From Selenomonas bovis (GTDB lineage Bacteria; Bacillota; Negativicutes; Selenomonadales; Selenomonadaceae), in contig CACWQW010000010.1 in the NCBI GenBank assembly GCA_902763085.1, positions 8,608 to 72,607 on the forward strand: 64,000 bases of DNA, written 5' to 3'. Below the pieces are notes generated by a model. That model was not told where the DNA came from and did no database searches. It saw only the letters and a program-made list of their open reading frames with translations. The position numbers and the translations under genes were made by a program. Below are positions 40,827-51,067 of this stretch, piece by piece. Position 1 is the first letter of the stretch. Each line of letters begins with the position of its first letter.

Positions 40827-42124
40827 TGGCAGCGAACATGTTCGGGCGAGGGCGGCGGCGCCTCACGCTCTTCTACTCCCTCATCATGTGCGTCTTCCTC
40901 GTCACGCTCGTCTTCGTCGCGCACAAGACGCTCGAGTGGTCCATCTCCTCCGAGCAGGCGCGCGAGCTCCTCGACACGGCGGGCAACGTGGCGGAGGCGC
41001 AGGCGTATTTCAACCAGCACCCCGGCCTCACGCTCGAGGATGCGGGCTACAAGAGCACGAACGACCGCCTCTTTTTCTACGTCTTCGATCAGGACGGGCG
41101 GCTGCTCAACTTCGCGCGGGCCTCATTCCACATCGAGCCGTTCATCCTCGACGTCGTGAGCCACTGGCAGGCGCAGGAGGGGGAGGTCGCCGTCTTCGGC
41201 AGGCAGAGCGAGAAAGGGCAGACGACGCGCCTCATGATGACGAAGAAGACGGTCATGAGCGACGACGGCTCGGTGCAGTCCGTCTACGTCGGCAAAGACG
41301 TCACGGCGATGTACAACGGCCTGCAGAAATCGACGTATGCGATGGTCGTGCTCGGCATCGTCGCGCTCGTCGTCGCGACGGTGATCGGCCACATCCTCTC
41401 CGGCCGCGCGATGGTGCCGCTGCGCGAGGCGTACGAGAAGCAGCGCCAGTTCGCGGCGGACGCCTCGCACGAGCTGCGGACGCCGCTCGCCGTCGTCATG
41501 GCGTCGGCGGATCTCCTCGAGAATGATCCTTCGATCACCTCGCCTTTCCTGAAGCAGGTCATCGCCGACGTGCGCGACGAGGTGAAGAAGATGACGCGCC
41601 TCGTGAGCGATCTTCTGCTCGTCGCGCGCAGCGACAACAAGGCGCTGAAACTCAAGCTGCAGAAGTTCGACGCGGCGGACCTCCTCGCGCAGACGGCGCG
41701 CCTCATGCTGCCGCTCGCGGAGAAGAAGCAGGTGGAGATCGTCATCGAGGCGGCGGGGAAGCATCCCGTGCAGGCGGACGAACAGAAAGTCAAGCAGCTC
41801 ATGCTCATCCTTGTCGACAACGCGGTGAAATACACGCCGGAGGGAGGCAGGGTCAGCGTCGGCTTCGCCCCGGCACCGCAGGGGCGCGTGCGCTTCTTCG
41901 TGCAGGACACGGGCATCGGCATCGCCAAGGAAGACCAGAGCCGCATCTTCGACCGCTTCTACCGCGTGGACAAGGCGCGCTCGCGCGCGATGGGCGGCAA
42001 CGGCCTCGGACTCTCCATCGCGCAGGAGATCGTCAACCTCCATCACGGCACGATCCAGGTCGCGAGTGAGCCCGGCAAGGGGACGCGCTTCACGGTCGAG
42101 CTGCGGAGCAAGCTGAAGGCGTGA
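40826..42124 (+). CDS. Sensor histidine kinase
   Basis: Two TM helices, ASHELRTPL, DNAVKY, DTGIGI, GNGLGL. Confidence 0.95.
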   Translation: MAANMFGRGRRRLTLFYSLIMCVFLVTLVFVAHKTLEWSISSEQARELLDTAGNVAEAQAYFNQHPGLTLEDAGYKSTNDRLFFYVFDQDGRLLNFARASFHIEPFILDVVSHWQAQEGEVAVFGRQSEKGQTTRLMMTKKTVMSDDGSVQSVYVGKDVTAMYNGLQKSTYAMVVLGIVALVVATVIGHILSGRAMVPLREAYEKQRQFAADASHELRTPLAVVMASADLLENDPSITSPFLKQVIADVRDEVKKMTRLVSDLLLVARSDNKALKLKLQKFDAADLLAQTARLMLPLAEKKQVEIVIEAAGKHPVQADEQKVKQLMLILVDNAVKYTPEGGRVSVGFAPAPQGRVRFFVQDTGIGIAKEDQSRIFDRFYRVDKARSRAMGGNGLGLSIAQEIVNLHHGTIQVASEPGKGTRFTVELRSKLKA

Positions 42125-42133
42125 ATCTTTTTC

Positions 42134-42218
42134 TTTACAAGCCTCGATGTGGATGATATACTAGAAAAAGAAATTTGAGCGTTTTTGTGAAAGAGTGGGT
42201 GCGAGCCCACTCTTTCAT
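42134..42218 (+). promoter_or_regulatory. rimP operon promoter and rimP-leader hairpin
   Basis: TTTACA-17 bp-TATACT; GAAAGAGTGGG..CCCACTCTTTC hairpin like that found upstream of rimP in Firmicutes. Confidence 0.7.
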
Positions 42219-42256
42219 CTTATGTTACCCACTATTCTCTCTCAGGAGGTGGAGAA

Positions 42257-42709
42257 ATGGCAAATCCGATCGAAGAACGAGTTGAGGATATGGCGCGCCA
42301 GCTGCTCGCGGAGCAGCCCGGCATCGAGCTCGTCGATGTCGAGTATGTCAGAGAGCACGACTGGTATCTGCGCGTCTTCATAGATAAGGAAGGCGGCATC
42401 GACATTGATGACTGCCAGACGCTGAGCGAAAAGCTGGAAAAGGAGCTCGATGCGGCGAACTTCATCGCGGACAGCTACATCCTGGAGGTCTCTTCCCCGG
42501 GGCTCGACCGCGTGCTGCGGAAGCCGCGCGACTTTGCGCGCGAGCAGGGCAAGAAGGTCGATGCGACGCTCTACGCGCCGCTCGACGGCAGGAAGCAGCT
42601 CACGGGCGTGCTCGGCGCCTACGACGCCGCGGCGGGCACCGTGGAGATCGACGGCACGGCCGTGTCGCTCGAGAAGATCTCGCAGATCCGTCTGCACATC
42701 GATTTCTGA
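42257..42709 (+). CDS. rimP: Ribosome maturation factor RimP
   Basis: LRVFIDK..IDDC, YILEVSSPGLDR. Confidence 0.96.
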   Translation: MANPIEERVEDMARQLLAEQPGIELVDVEYVREHDWYLRVFIDKEGGIDIDDCQTLSEKLEKELDAANFIADSYILEVSSPGLDRVLRKPRDFAREQGKKVDATLYAPLDGRKQLTGVLGAYDAAAGTVEIDGTAVSLEKISQIRLHIDF

Positions 42710-42766
42710 TTATCAGGCAAGGAGGCCGCAGCTGGCGGTCCCCGCTGCAGTAGGAGGATATACATT

Positions 42767-43909
42767 TTGGCAGCAAGAAGAAGCAAAGCGAAGGCAAAGA
42801 GTCAGGAGCCGGGATTCCTCGACGCACTGAAGGAACTCGCACGCGAGAAAGGCGTGGAGGAGGAAGTCCTCTTCGACGCCATCGAGGCGGCGCTCATTTC
42901 GGCGTACAAGCGGAATTTCGGTTCGGCGCAGAACGTGCGCGTCGTGCTCGACCGCACGACGGGGGCCTACCACGTCTACGCGATCAAGACGGTCGTCGAA
43001 GACGTCGAGGACGAGGTGCAGGAGATTTCCCTCGCGCAGGCGCGGACGATCCGCCCCGACTATGAGGTCGGCGACGTGCTCGAGATCGAGGTCACGCCTG
43101 CGAACTTCGGCCGCATCGCCGCCCAGACCGCCAAGCAGGTCGTCGTGCAGCGCGTGCGCGAGGCGGAGCGCGGCATCATCTACGAGGAGTTCATGAGCCG
43201 CGAGGGCGACATCATCACGGGGCTCGTCTCGCGCGTCGAGAACCGCAACGTCTTCATCGACCTCGGCAAGACGGAGGCCGTGCTCGCGCCGACGGAGCAG
43301 ATCGCCGGCGAGACGTACGAGCATGGCGACCGCATCAAGGCGTACATCCTCGAGGTCCGGAAGACGACCAAGGGACCACAGATCGTCGTCTCGCGTACGC
43401 ATCCGGGCCTTTTGAAGCGCCTGTTCGAGCTCGAGGTGCCGGAGATCCAGGAAGGCATCGTCGAGATCAAATCCGTGGCGCGCGAGCCGGGCATGCGCTC
43501 GAAGATCGCCGTCTACTCGAAGGACGAGGCCGTCGATCCCGTCGGCGCGTGCGTCGGTCACAAGGGACTGCGCGTGCAGGCAGTCGTCGATGAGCTCGGC
43601 AGCGAGAAGATCGACATCGTGAAGTGGAACGAGGACAGCGCGAAGTTCATCGCGAATGCGCTGAGCCCCGCGAAGGTCGTCTCCGTCGCCGTCAATGAGG
43701 ACGAGAAGGTCTCCCGCGTCGTCGTGCCGGACTACCAGCTCTCGCTCGCCATCGGCAAGGAGGGGCAGAACGCCCGCCTCGCCGCGAAACTGACGGGTTG
43801 GAAGATCGATATCAAGAGCGAGTCGCAGGCGGCCGAAGAGGTGCTTGATGATGGCATGAACGAAGTCGCGGTCGAAAGCGACGCCTCGTTCACGGCGGAA
43901 GGTGAGTGA
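42767..43909 (+). CDS. nusA: Transcription factor NusA
   Basis: FGRIAAQTAKQ, S1 and KH domains, SLAIGKEGQNARLA. Confidence 0.97.
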   Translation: MAARRSKAKAKSQEPGFLDALKELAREKGVEEEVLFDAIEAALISAYKRNFGSAQNVRVVLDRTTGAYHVYAIKTVVEDVEDEVQEISLAQARTIRPDYEVGDVLEIEVTPANFGRIAAQTAKQVVVQRVREAERGIIYEEFMSREGDIITGLVSRVENRNVFIDLGKTEAVLAPTEQIAGETYEHGDRIKAYILEVRKTTKGPQIVVSRTHPGLLKRLFELEVPEIQEGIVEIKSVAREPGMRSKIAVYSKDEAVDPVGACVGHKGLRVQAVVDELGSEKIDIVKWNEDSAKFIANALSPAKVVSVAVNEDEKVSRVVVPDYQLSLAIGKEGQNARLAAKLTGWKIDIKSESQAAEEVLDDGMNEVAVESDASFTAEGE

Positions 43910-43910
43910 C

Positions 43911-44213
43911 GTGGCAGCAAAAGCGGGAAAGGTCAGGAAGATACCGGAGCGCCTCTGCGTCGGCTGTCAGGAAAAGCATCCGAAGAAGGAGCTCATCCGC
44001 ATCGTGCGGAGTCCGGAGGGCGTGTTCTCCGTCGACCGCACGGGCAAGATGTCGGGCCGCGGCGCCTATATCTGCCCGCGCGTCGAGTGCCTCGAGAAGG
44101 CGCGCAAGGGCCATCGCCTCGAGCGCTCCTTCGCCTGCGCCATCGATCCGGCGGTCTACGAGGCGCTCGCGGCGGAGCTCGCTGCGCCCGCGTCCTCGGA
44201 GAAACAGGCATGA
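43911..44213 (+). CDS. ylxR: YlxR (RnpM) family RNA-binding protein
   Basis: PERLCVGC, GRGAYIC; position in the nusA operon. Confidence 0.92.
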   Translation: MAAKAGKVRKIPERLCVGCQEKHPKKELIRIVRSPEGVFSVDRTGKMSGRGAYICPRVECLEKARKGHRLERSFACAIDPAVYEALAAELAAPASSEKQA

Positions 44214-44521
44214 ACGAGCAGTGCGTGGTCAATCTCCTGAGCATGGCACAGCGGGCGAGGCGCGTGGCCTCCGGTGCGTTTGCCGTCGAGGAAGCGCTGA
44301 AGAAGCACAAGGCGCGCCTGCTGCTGCTCGCGGTTGATGCGAGACCTGAGACGAAACGAAGATTTGAAGAACTCGCAGATAGATACGATGTACCAGCCGT
44401 GAGCCTCCTCACGAAGGAAGCGCTCGGCTCCTGCCTGGGCAAGGAATACCGCGCTGTCGCAGCAGTGCTCGACGCCGGCTTCGCCCAGCGCCTGCGCGAA
44501 CTCATGGAGGCGCAGGCATGA
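44210..44521 (+). CDS. ylxQ: L7Ae/YlxQ family protein
   Basis: LSMAQRA, LGSCLGK, DAGFA; lies between ylxR and infB. Confidence 0.88.
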   Translation: MNEQCVVNLLSMAQRARRVASGAFAVEEALKKHKARLLLLAVDARPETKRRFEELADRYDVPAVSLLTKEALGSCLGKEYRAVAAVLDAGFAQRLRELMEAQA

Positions 44522-44542
44522 ACTACCTATGGGGGTGGATTA

Positions 44543-46957
44543 ATGTCCAAATACAGGGTTTACGAATTAGCGAAAGAATTCCATACCGATACGAAGAATA
44601 TCCTCGATATCCTGAAAAAGAATAAATTCAAGGCCGTCAATAACTTCTCGAGCGTCGGTGATGCCGAGCATGACGCCGTGAAGAACCATTTCGCCGGCAA
44701 GAGCGCGAAGCCGCAGGCGCCGAAGGCGGCAGCGGCGCCGCAGCCGGAGAAGCGCACAGCACCGGCACCGGCACCGCAGCCGGCTGCGAAGAAAGAGGCG
44801 GCGCACCAGGGCGGCGGAGAGCGCAAGCGGAGCGAGGGACGCAGCGAAGAGCGCCGCGCCTCTGCGCCGCGCAGCGCTGACGCGAGCCGGGGCGGCAGCC
44901 GCGGCAGTGAGCACAGCGACAATCGGAGCAGCCGCAGTGGCGGCGGCAAGAGTGGCAGTAGCGACCGCGGCGGGCGCAGGAATGACCGCCGGGGCGGCAG
45001 GAATGACCGCACGGAGAACCGCGGCGGCAGGAACGATCGCCGGGGCGGCAGGAATGACCGCCGGGGCGGCAGGAACAATCGCCGCGGCGGCCGTCAGCAA
45101 CCGGCGCCGAAGGTCGAGATCGCGCGTCCGACGCACATCAAGCTGCCGGAGACCATTGCGGTCAAGGACCTCGCCTCCAAGATGAGCTACACAGCGGCGG
45201 AAGTCGTCAAGAAGCTCTTCATGATGGGCGTCATGGCGACCATCAACCAGGAGATCGATTATGAGACGGCGGCGCTCGTCGCCTCGGAGTTCGGCGTGAC
45301 GTGCGAGGAGCTGCCGCCCGATGTCGATCCGACGGAGATCCCGGAGATCGAGGACGACCCGAAGAGCCTCAAGCTCCGCCCGCCGGTCGTCACGGTCATG
45401 GGCCACGTCGACCACGGCAAGACGAGCCTGCTCGACTGCATCCGCAACACGCACGTGCAGACGCACGAGGCGGGCGGCATCACGCAGCATATCGGTGCCT
45501 ACCAGGTCAACTGCAAGGGCAAGAAGATCGTCTTCCTCGATACGCCGGGCCATGAGGCGTTCACGGCCATGCGTGCGCGCGGCGCGCAGATCACAGATAT
45601 CGCGATCCTCGTCGTCGCCGCGGATGACGGCGTCATGCCGCAGACCATCGAGGCCATCCATCACGCGAAGTCCGCAGAGGTCCCCATCATCGTGGCGATC
45701 AACAAGATCGACAAGCCGGGTGCGAACCCGGATCGCGTGAAGCAGGAGCTCATGGAGCAGGGTCTCGTGCCGGAGGAGTATGGCGGCGACACGATCATGG
45801 TGCCCGTCTCGGCGAAAAAGCAGATGGGCATCGACGACCTGCTCGAGAACGTCCTGCTCGTCGCAGAAGTCGAAGAGCTCAAGGCGAACCCGAACCGCCC
45901 GGCGCGCGGCGTCATCGTCGAGGCAAAGCTCGACAAGGGCCGCGGCCCGGTGGCGACGGTGCTCGTGCAGAACGGCACGCTGCGCATCGGCGACTCCATC
46001 GTCTGCGGCACGACGTACGGCAAGGTGCGCGCGATGATCAACGATCGCGGCGAGAACGTCAAGAAGGCGGGCCCGTCCGTGCCGGTCGAGATCCTCGGCC
46101 TCGGCGATGTGCCGGAGGCGGGCGACGTGCTCGCGGCGCTCGACGAGAAACTCGCGCGCTCCATCGCTGAGGCGCGCATCGAGCGTCAGAGGAACAACCT
46201 CATCAAGAGCAAGAAAGTCTCGCTCGACGACCTCTTCCATCAGATCCAGGAGGGTGAGATCCGCGACCTCAACATCGTCATCAAGGCGGATGTGCAGGGC
46301 TCCGTCGAGGCGCTCTCGAGCTCGCTCTTGAAGCTCAACAAGAACGACGAGGTCCGCGTCTCCATCGTCCACTCGGGCGTCGGTGCGGTCAACGAGTCCG
46401 ATGTCATGCTCGCCTCGGCGTCGAACGCCATCATCATCGCCTTCAACGTGCGTCCGGATGCGAACGCGCGCCGCGTCGCTGACACCGAAAACGTCGACAT
46501 CCGCACGTACCGCGTCATCTACGATGCAATCAACGATGTGAAAGACGCGATGAGCGGCATGCTCAAGCCGAAGTACAAGGAAGTCGTTCAGGGCCGCGTG
46601 GAGATCCGTCAGGTCATGAAGTTCTCCAAGGCGCTCGTCGCCGGCTCCTACGTGCTCGAGGGCAAGATCTGCAACAATTCCAAGATCCGCATCATCCGCG
46701 ACAACATCGAGATCTTCGATGGCGAGATCGACTCGCTGCGCCGCTTCAAGGACGAGGTCAAGGAAGTGCAGGCAGGCTACGAGTGCGGCATCTCCATCGT
46801 CGACTTCCGCGACTTCAAGGAAGGCGACATCATCGAGCCGTACACGATGGAAGAAGTGGAGACGAGCATCACCGAGGCGAACAAGGCCGCCGCGAAGAAG
46901 CGCGAGGCCGAGGCGAAGGCCAAGGCTGAGGCGCAGAAAGAAGAGGACGCTGACTAA
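44543..46957 (+). CDS. infB: Translation initiation factor IF-2
   Basis: [27 protein letters not shown]. Confidence 0.98.
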   Translation: MSKYRVYELAKEFHTDTKNILDILKKNKFKAVNNFSSVGDAEHDAVKNHFAGKSAKPQAPKAAAAPQPEKRTAPAPAPQPAAKKEAAHQGGGERKRSEGRSEERRASAPRSADASRGGSRGSEHSDNRSSRSGGGKSGSSDRGGRRNDRRGGRNDRTENRGGRNDRRGGRNDRRGGRNNRRGGRQQPAPKVEIARPTHIKLPETIAVKDLASKMSYTAAEVVKKLFMMGVMATINQEIDYETAALVASEFGVTCEELPPDVDPTEIPEIEDDPKSLKLRPPVVTVMGHVDHGKTSLLDCIRNTHVQTHEAGGITQHIGAYQVNCKGKKIVFLDTPGHEAFTAMRARGAQITDIAILVVAADDGVMPQTIEAIHHAKSAEVPIIVAINKIDKPGANPDRVKQELMEQGLVPEEYGGDTIMVPVSAKKQMGIDDLLENVLLVAEVEELKANPNRPARGVIVEAKLDKGRGPVATVLVQNGTLRIGDSIVCGTTYGKVRAMINDRGENVKKAGPSVPVEILGLGDVPEAGDVLAALDEKLARSIAEARIERQRNNLIKSKKVSLDDLFHQIQEGEIRDLNIVIKADVQGSVEALSSSLLKLNKNDEVRVSIVHSGVGAVNESDVMLASASNAIIIAFNVRPDANARRVADTENVDIRTYRVIYDAINDVKDAMSGMLKPKYKEVVQGRVEIRQVMKFSKALVAGSYVLEGKICNNSKIRIIRDNIEIFDGEIDSLRRFKDEVKEVQAGYECGISIVDFRDFKEGDIIEPYTMEEVETSITEANKAAAKKREAEAKAKAEAQKEEDAD
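44970..45092 (+). repeat. Imperfect 21-nt coding tandem repeat (GGRNDRR) in the IF-2 N-terminal region
   Basis: GGCGGCAGGAA(T/C)GA(C/T)CGCCGG-type units, about five copies. Confidence 0.8.
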
Positions 46958-46969
46958 GGAGGCACATGC

Positions 46970-47359
46970 ATGAGCCAGCTTCGAGTCGAAAAGGTGCAGG
47001 AGCTCATGAAGCAGGAGATCTCTGAGATCATCCTGCGCGAGCTCAAGGACCCTCGCATCGGGTTCGTGACCGTGACATCCGTGGAATGTACCGGTGACCT
47101 CCGCGAGGCGAAGATCTACGTGAGCCTCATGGGCAGCGAGCAGCAGGTGCAGAACTGCTGGGCGGGGCTACAGAGCTCCCTCGGCTTCATCCGCCGCGAG
47201 ATCGGCAAGCGGATCCGCCTGCGCTTCACGCCGGAGCTCACGTTCGCGCTGGACAAGTCGCTCGACTACAGCGCGCACATCCAGAAGCTCCTCTTGAAGA
47301 TCGAGGCGGAGGACGCGGCGAAAGCGGCGCCTGCCTCGAAGGATGAGGAGGAACAATGA
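46970..47359 (+). CDS. rbfA: Ribosome-binding factor A
   Basis: LKDPRIGFVTVT, DLREAKIY, LRFTPELTF. Confidence 0.96.
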   Translation: MSQLRVEKVQELMKQEISEIILRELKDPRIGFVTVTSVECTGDLREAKIYVSLMGSEQQVQNCWAGLQSSLGFIRREIGKRIRLRFTPELTFALDKSLDYSAHIQKLLLKIEAEDAAKAAPASKDEEEQ

Positions 47360-47360
47360 A

Positions 47361-48320
47361 ATGATGACATTGAGTGAAACAGCGGCAGTACTACGCACCG
47401 CCGACAAGGTGGTCATCACGGCGCACGTGAATCCCGATGGCGATGCCATCGGCGCTTCGCTCGGCCTGATGCACCTCCTCGAGGCGCTGGGGAAGCATGT
47501 CACGGTTTTGCTTGATGATGATATCCCGGCAGCCTTCTCGGTGCTGCCGGGATATGATGTTATCAGGCGGCCGCAGGAGGGCGAAGCGGAGGCATGCGAC
47601 CTCCTCGTCGTGCTCGACACGATGTCGGATCGCATCGGCTGCGTTGCTGCTGCCGTGCGCGCCCCGCGCATCCTGAACATCGACCATCATCACACGAATC
47701 CGGGCACGGCAGGCGAGGACCTCTACCTCGACGCCACGCGCGCCGCGACGGCGGAGATCGTCTGCGACCTCGCCGAGGCACTCGGCGTCCAGCCGGACGC
47801 CGCTGCTGCCGCCTGCCTCTACACGGGGCTCGCGACGGATACGGGCTTCTTCCGCTTCTCCAACGCGACGGCGCATACGTACCGCGCGGCGGCGGCGCTG
47901 CTCGAGGCAGGGGCACAGCCGCATGTGATCTCCGAGGCGCTTGAGGTGCGGCCACTCCAGACGGTGCGCGATCTCGCGGAGGCGCTCGGGGAGCTCGAGC
48001 TCTTCGCGGGGGGGCGTGCCTGTGGTATCTTCCTCACGCAGGAGCAGACGGCGCGCATGGCGTCGACGGAGAGCTTCATCGGTCACATCCGCGTCATCGA
48101 CGGCGTGGACGTGGCAGTCGTGCTCAAGTGCAAGGAGCCGGAGCTCTGCCGCGTGAGCATGCGCTCGAAGCATGTCGACGTGAGCCGCGTCGCGACGCTT
48201 TTCGGCGGCGGCGGCCACGTGCGCGCCGCGGGCTGCACGCTGACGCAGCCGTTCGAGGAAGCGAGGAAGACCATCATGACTGCCATCGAGCGCGCCATTC
48301 GCGAGGGCTGGACCGCATGA
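47361..48320 (+). CDS. nrnA: DHH/DHHA1 phosphoesterase (NrnA-like)
   Basis: HVNPDGDAIG, IDHH, TDTGFF, GGGHVRAAG. Confidence 0.88.
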   Translation: MMTLSETAAVLRTADKVVITAHVNPDGDAIGASLGLMHLLEALGKHVTVLLDDDIPAAFSVLPGYDVIRRPQEGEAEACDLLVVLDTMSDRIGCVAAAVRAPRILNIDHHHTNPGTAGEDLYLDATRAATAEIVCDLAEALGVQPDAAAAACLYTGLATDTGFFRFSNATAHTYRAAAALLEAGAQPHVISEALEVRPLQTVRDLAEALGELELFAGGRACGIFLTQEQTARMASTESFIGHIRVIDGVDVAVVLKCKEPELCRVSMRSKHVDVSRVATLFGGGGHVRAAGCTLTQPFEEARKTIMTAIERAIREGWTA

Positions 48321-49231
48321 CGGCGCGCGCAGATGGATTCTTGAACCTGCTCAAGCCGCCCGGCATGAGCTCGCACGACGTCGTCGGCTTCGCGCGCCGC
48401 GTGCTGCACACGAAGAAAGTCGGCCACGCGGGGACGCTCGATCCCGGCGCCGCCGGCGTGTTGCCGCTCGCCGTGGGGCAGGCGACGCGCCTCATCGAGT
48501 ATCTCGAGCACGCCTCGAAATCCTATCGCGCGGAGCTCCTGCTCGGCGTGGCGACGGACTCCGGGGATCTCAGCGGCGCCGTGACGGAGTGTCAGGCGCT
48601 CGCAAAGATGCCAGGCCGCGCAGCCATCGAGCAGGTGCTCGCCCGGTTCCGCGGCGAGATCACGCAGGTGCCGCCCGCGCACTCCGCCATCAAGATCGGT
48701 GGCAAGCGCGCCTACGAGCGGCTGCGCGCAGGTGAGGCGGTCCAGCTGCCCGCACGCCGGGTCACGATCCACCGTCTCGACCTCCTCGCGGTCGAGGAGG
48801 CGTCGCATCGCCTGCTGCTCGACGTCGATTGCTCGCGCGGCACGTACATCCGCTCGCTTTGCCGTGACATCGGCAGCGCGCTCGGCGTGCCCGCTGTCAT
48901 GAGCTTCCTCGTGCGCACGCGCGTCGGGGATTTTCCGCTCAAGGCATCGCTGACGCTCGAGGAGCTCGCCGCGCGCGGCGGCAGCGCGCTCAGGGCGCCT
49001 GAGGACTGCCTCTCGCATCTGCCGCGCTACGACCTGCCGCCGGGGCGCGCGCGCGCCTTCCGGAACGGACTGCCGACGCACGACCCACGCGTGGGTGCGC
49101 TCGCCGCGCTCCCTGTGCGCGTCTACGCGGACGGCATTTTCCTCGGTATCGGACGCGTGGACGCCGCGCTTGCAAGCGTCGTGCCGGCAAAAGTCATCGG
49201 CAGTCCGGACAGGACGCCGCCGCAGAAATAA
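48317..49231 (+). CDS. truB: tRNA pseudouridine(55) synthase
   Basis: KVGHAGTLDP, CSRGTYIRSL. Confidence 0.96.
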   Translation: MTARADGFLNLLKPPGMSSHDVVGFARRVLHTKKVGHAGTLDPGAAGVLPLAVGQATRLIEYLEHASKSYRAELLLGVATDSGDLSGAVTECQALAKMPGRAAIEQVLARFRGEITQVPPAHSAIKIGGKRAYERLRAGEAVQLPARRVTIHRLDLLAVEEASHRLLLDVDCSRGTYIRSLCRDIGSALGVPAVMSFLVRTRVGDFPLKASLTLEELAARGGSALRAPEDCLSHLPRYDLPPGRARAFRNGLPTHDPRVGALAALPVRVYADGIFLGIGRVDAALASVVPAKVIGSPDRTPPQK

Positions 49232-49250
49232 GACACAGGAGCCTGATACC

Positions 49251-50189
49251 ATGCAGGTCTATCATAAACTCAAAGATTTCACCAAGGAATACCATCGGAT
49301 GGCGGTGGCGCTCGGCATGTTCGACGGCGTCCACATCGGCCATCAGAGTATCATCCGCCGCGCCGTGGAGCTCGCGCGCGGTGACGGTGGCACGAGTGCC
49401 GTCTTCACGTTCAGCAACCACCCGCTTTCCGTGCTCTCGCCGCAAAATATGCCGCCGCAGCTCGGCACGGCGGAGCTCAAGGCACAGCTCATCGGTGAGC
49501 TCGGCGTCGACGTGCTCGTCTCCATTCCGTTCACGCGGGAATTCGCCCAGCGCACGCCAGAGGAGTTCCTCGCGCTGCTGCGCGCCGATTTTGCGCCGCG
49601 CTACGTCGTCACGGGGCCGAACTACACGTTCGGGCAGAAGGGACGCGGCACGCAGCGCCAGCTCCTGCGTGACGGCCCCGCCTATGGCTTCCAGACGGAG
49701 ATCTGCCCGGCGGTGCTCCGCAGCGGGCGCATCGTGAGCTCGACGCGCATCCGCGCGCTCATCGCGAACGGCGACCTCGCGGCGGCGAACGATTTCCTCG
49801 GGCATCCCTTCCGCCTCGTCGAGCGCGTGATCCACGGCGACCGGCGCGGCCGTACGCTCGGCTTCCCGACGGCGAACCTGCCGATCCTGCCGGGCGTCGC
49901 CATGTTGCCGAACGGCGCTTACGCCGTGCGCGTCGCCTATCGCGGCCGCTGGTACGGCGGCATGGCGAGCATCGGCAGCAACCCGACATTTGAGGGCTGC
50001 AACCGTCGCGTCGAGGTCCACATCGAGGACTTCGACGCGGACATCTACGACCAGGAGCTCATCGTCGACTTTCTCGCCAAGCTGCGCGAGGAGCAGAAAT
50101 TCGGCTCCGTCGAGCAGCTCGTGCGCCAGCTCACGAAAGACCGCGCGCGCGCCGCACAGATTTGGCGGCCGCAGCTGCCGCGTGCTTGA
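49251..50189 (+). CDS. ribF: Riboflavin kinase / FAD synthetase
   Basis: FDGVHIGHQ, VSSTRIR, GRTLGFPTAN. Confidence 0.96.
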   Translation: MQVYHKLKDFTKEYHRMAVALGMFDGVHIGHQSIIRRAVELARGDGGTSAVFTFSNHPLSVLSPQNMPPQLGTAELKAQLIGELGVDVLVSIPFTREFAQRTPEEFLALLRADFAPRYVVTGPNYTFGQKGRGTQRQLLRDGPAYGFQTEICPAVLRSGRIVSSTRIRALIANGDLAAANDFLGHPFRLVERVIHGDRRGRTLGFPTANLPILPGVAMLPNGAYAVRVAYRGRWYGGMASIGSNPTFEGCNRRVEVHIEDFDADIYDQELIVDFLAKLREEQKFGSVEQLVRQLTKDRARAAQIWRPQLPRA

Positions 50190-50220
50190 GCACGCCGCTT
50201 GAATGGACCAATCGGCAAGG

Positions 50221-50263
50221 AAACGCCGCCCGCATCGATTGCTATGGATGCGGGCGGCGTTTT
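50221..50263 (+). terminator. Intrinsic terminator after ribF
   Basis: AAACGCCGCCCGCATC..GATGCGGGCGGCGTTTT. Confidence 0.85.
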
Positions 50264-50297
50264 GTCGTCTTTTCTCTGCCTTCTCGGCGATTCCTCA

Positions 50298-50326
50298 TTG
50301 ACGCTGCTTCTTGGAATCAGTATAAT
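50298..50326 (+). promoter_or_regulatory. Sigma-A-type promoter
   Basis: TTGACG-17 bp-TATAAT. Confidence 0.7.
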
Positions 50327-50364
50327 GAAAAAATAAGGATCAACGGACCAAGGCGGGTGACGGG

Positions 50365-50694
50365 ATGGAGCGGTACAGGAAGCCGAAGGAGGAGCCGGAG
50401 ACGGACCCCCGAGCGGAGAAGAAGGCGGTCGCACTCAAGTACGATCAGGCGCGCGACCGCGCGCCGCGCGTGACGGCGAAAGGGCGCGGCCATGTGGCGG
50501 AGAACATCCTCGCCTCGGCGCAGCGGAACACAGTGCCGGTCTACCAGAACAAGACGCTCGTCAACCTCCTCATGGCGCTCGAGCTCGACCGCGAGGTGCC
50601 GCCGGAGCTCTATCACTCCATCGCGGAGGTCATGGCGTACATCTATCGCATGGACCGCGAGCGCGGAGAACGCCGGCAGAGGGAGGCGCCATGA
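50365..50694 (+). CDS. Stand-alone FlhB C-terminal-like protein (YlqH/EscU family)
   Basis: AVALKY..APRVTAKGRG..AENI..VPPELY..IAEV. Confidence 0.9.
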   Translation: MERYRKPKEEPETDPRAEKKAVALKYDQARDRAPRVTAKGRGHVAENILASAQRNTVPVYQNKTLVNLLMALELDREVPPELYHSIAEVMAYIYRMDRERGERRQREAP

Positions 50695-51053
50695 GCAGAC
50701 TGACGCTCGGCCGGGCGGGCGAGGAGCAGGCGGCGGCCTTTCTCACGCGCAAGGGCTATCGCATCGCCGCGCGCAATTACCGCGCGAAGGTCGGGGAGAT
50801 CGACATCATCGCCTGGCAGGACAGCCACACGCTCGCCTTCGTCGAGGTCAAGACGCGGCGGGGTGAGTGCTTCGGTGCGCCCGCGCAGGCGGTGAACGCG
50901 CACAAGCGGCGGAAGATCATCATGACCGCTGCCTGGTATCTGCGGCAGGAACATCTTGAGGACTGTTTCTGCCGTTTTGACGTCATCGAGGTCTATGCCA
51001 TGGTAGGCGCGGCGTGGCGGATCCGCCACTACGAAGGCGCGTTCGAGATGTGA
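50691..51053 (+). CDS. yraN: YraN family nuclease
   Basis: GRAGE, GEIDII, FVEVKTR, CRFDVI. Confidence 0.93.
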   Translation: MSRLTLGRAGEEQAAAFLTRKGYRIAARNYRAKVGEIDIIAWQDSHTLAFVEVKTRRGECFGAPAQAVNAHKRRKIIMTAAWYLRQEHLEDCFCRFDVIEVYAMVGAAWRIRHYEGAFEM

Positions 51054-51067
51054 GGGGAGGCTTGCCT

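Noticed and set aside
44970-45092. Direct repeats that could be taken for a CRISPR array
   Set aside because: Contiguous in-frame 21-nt units encoding the low-complexity IF-2 N-terminus; no spacers or cas genes.
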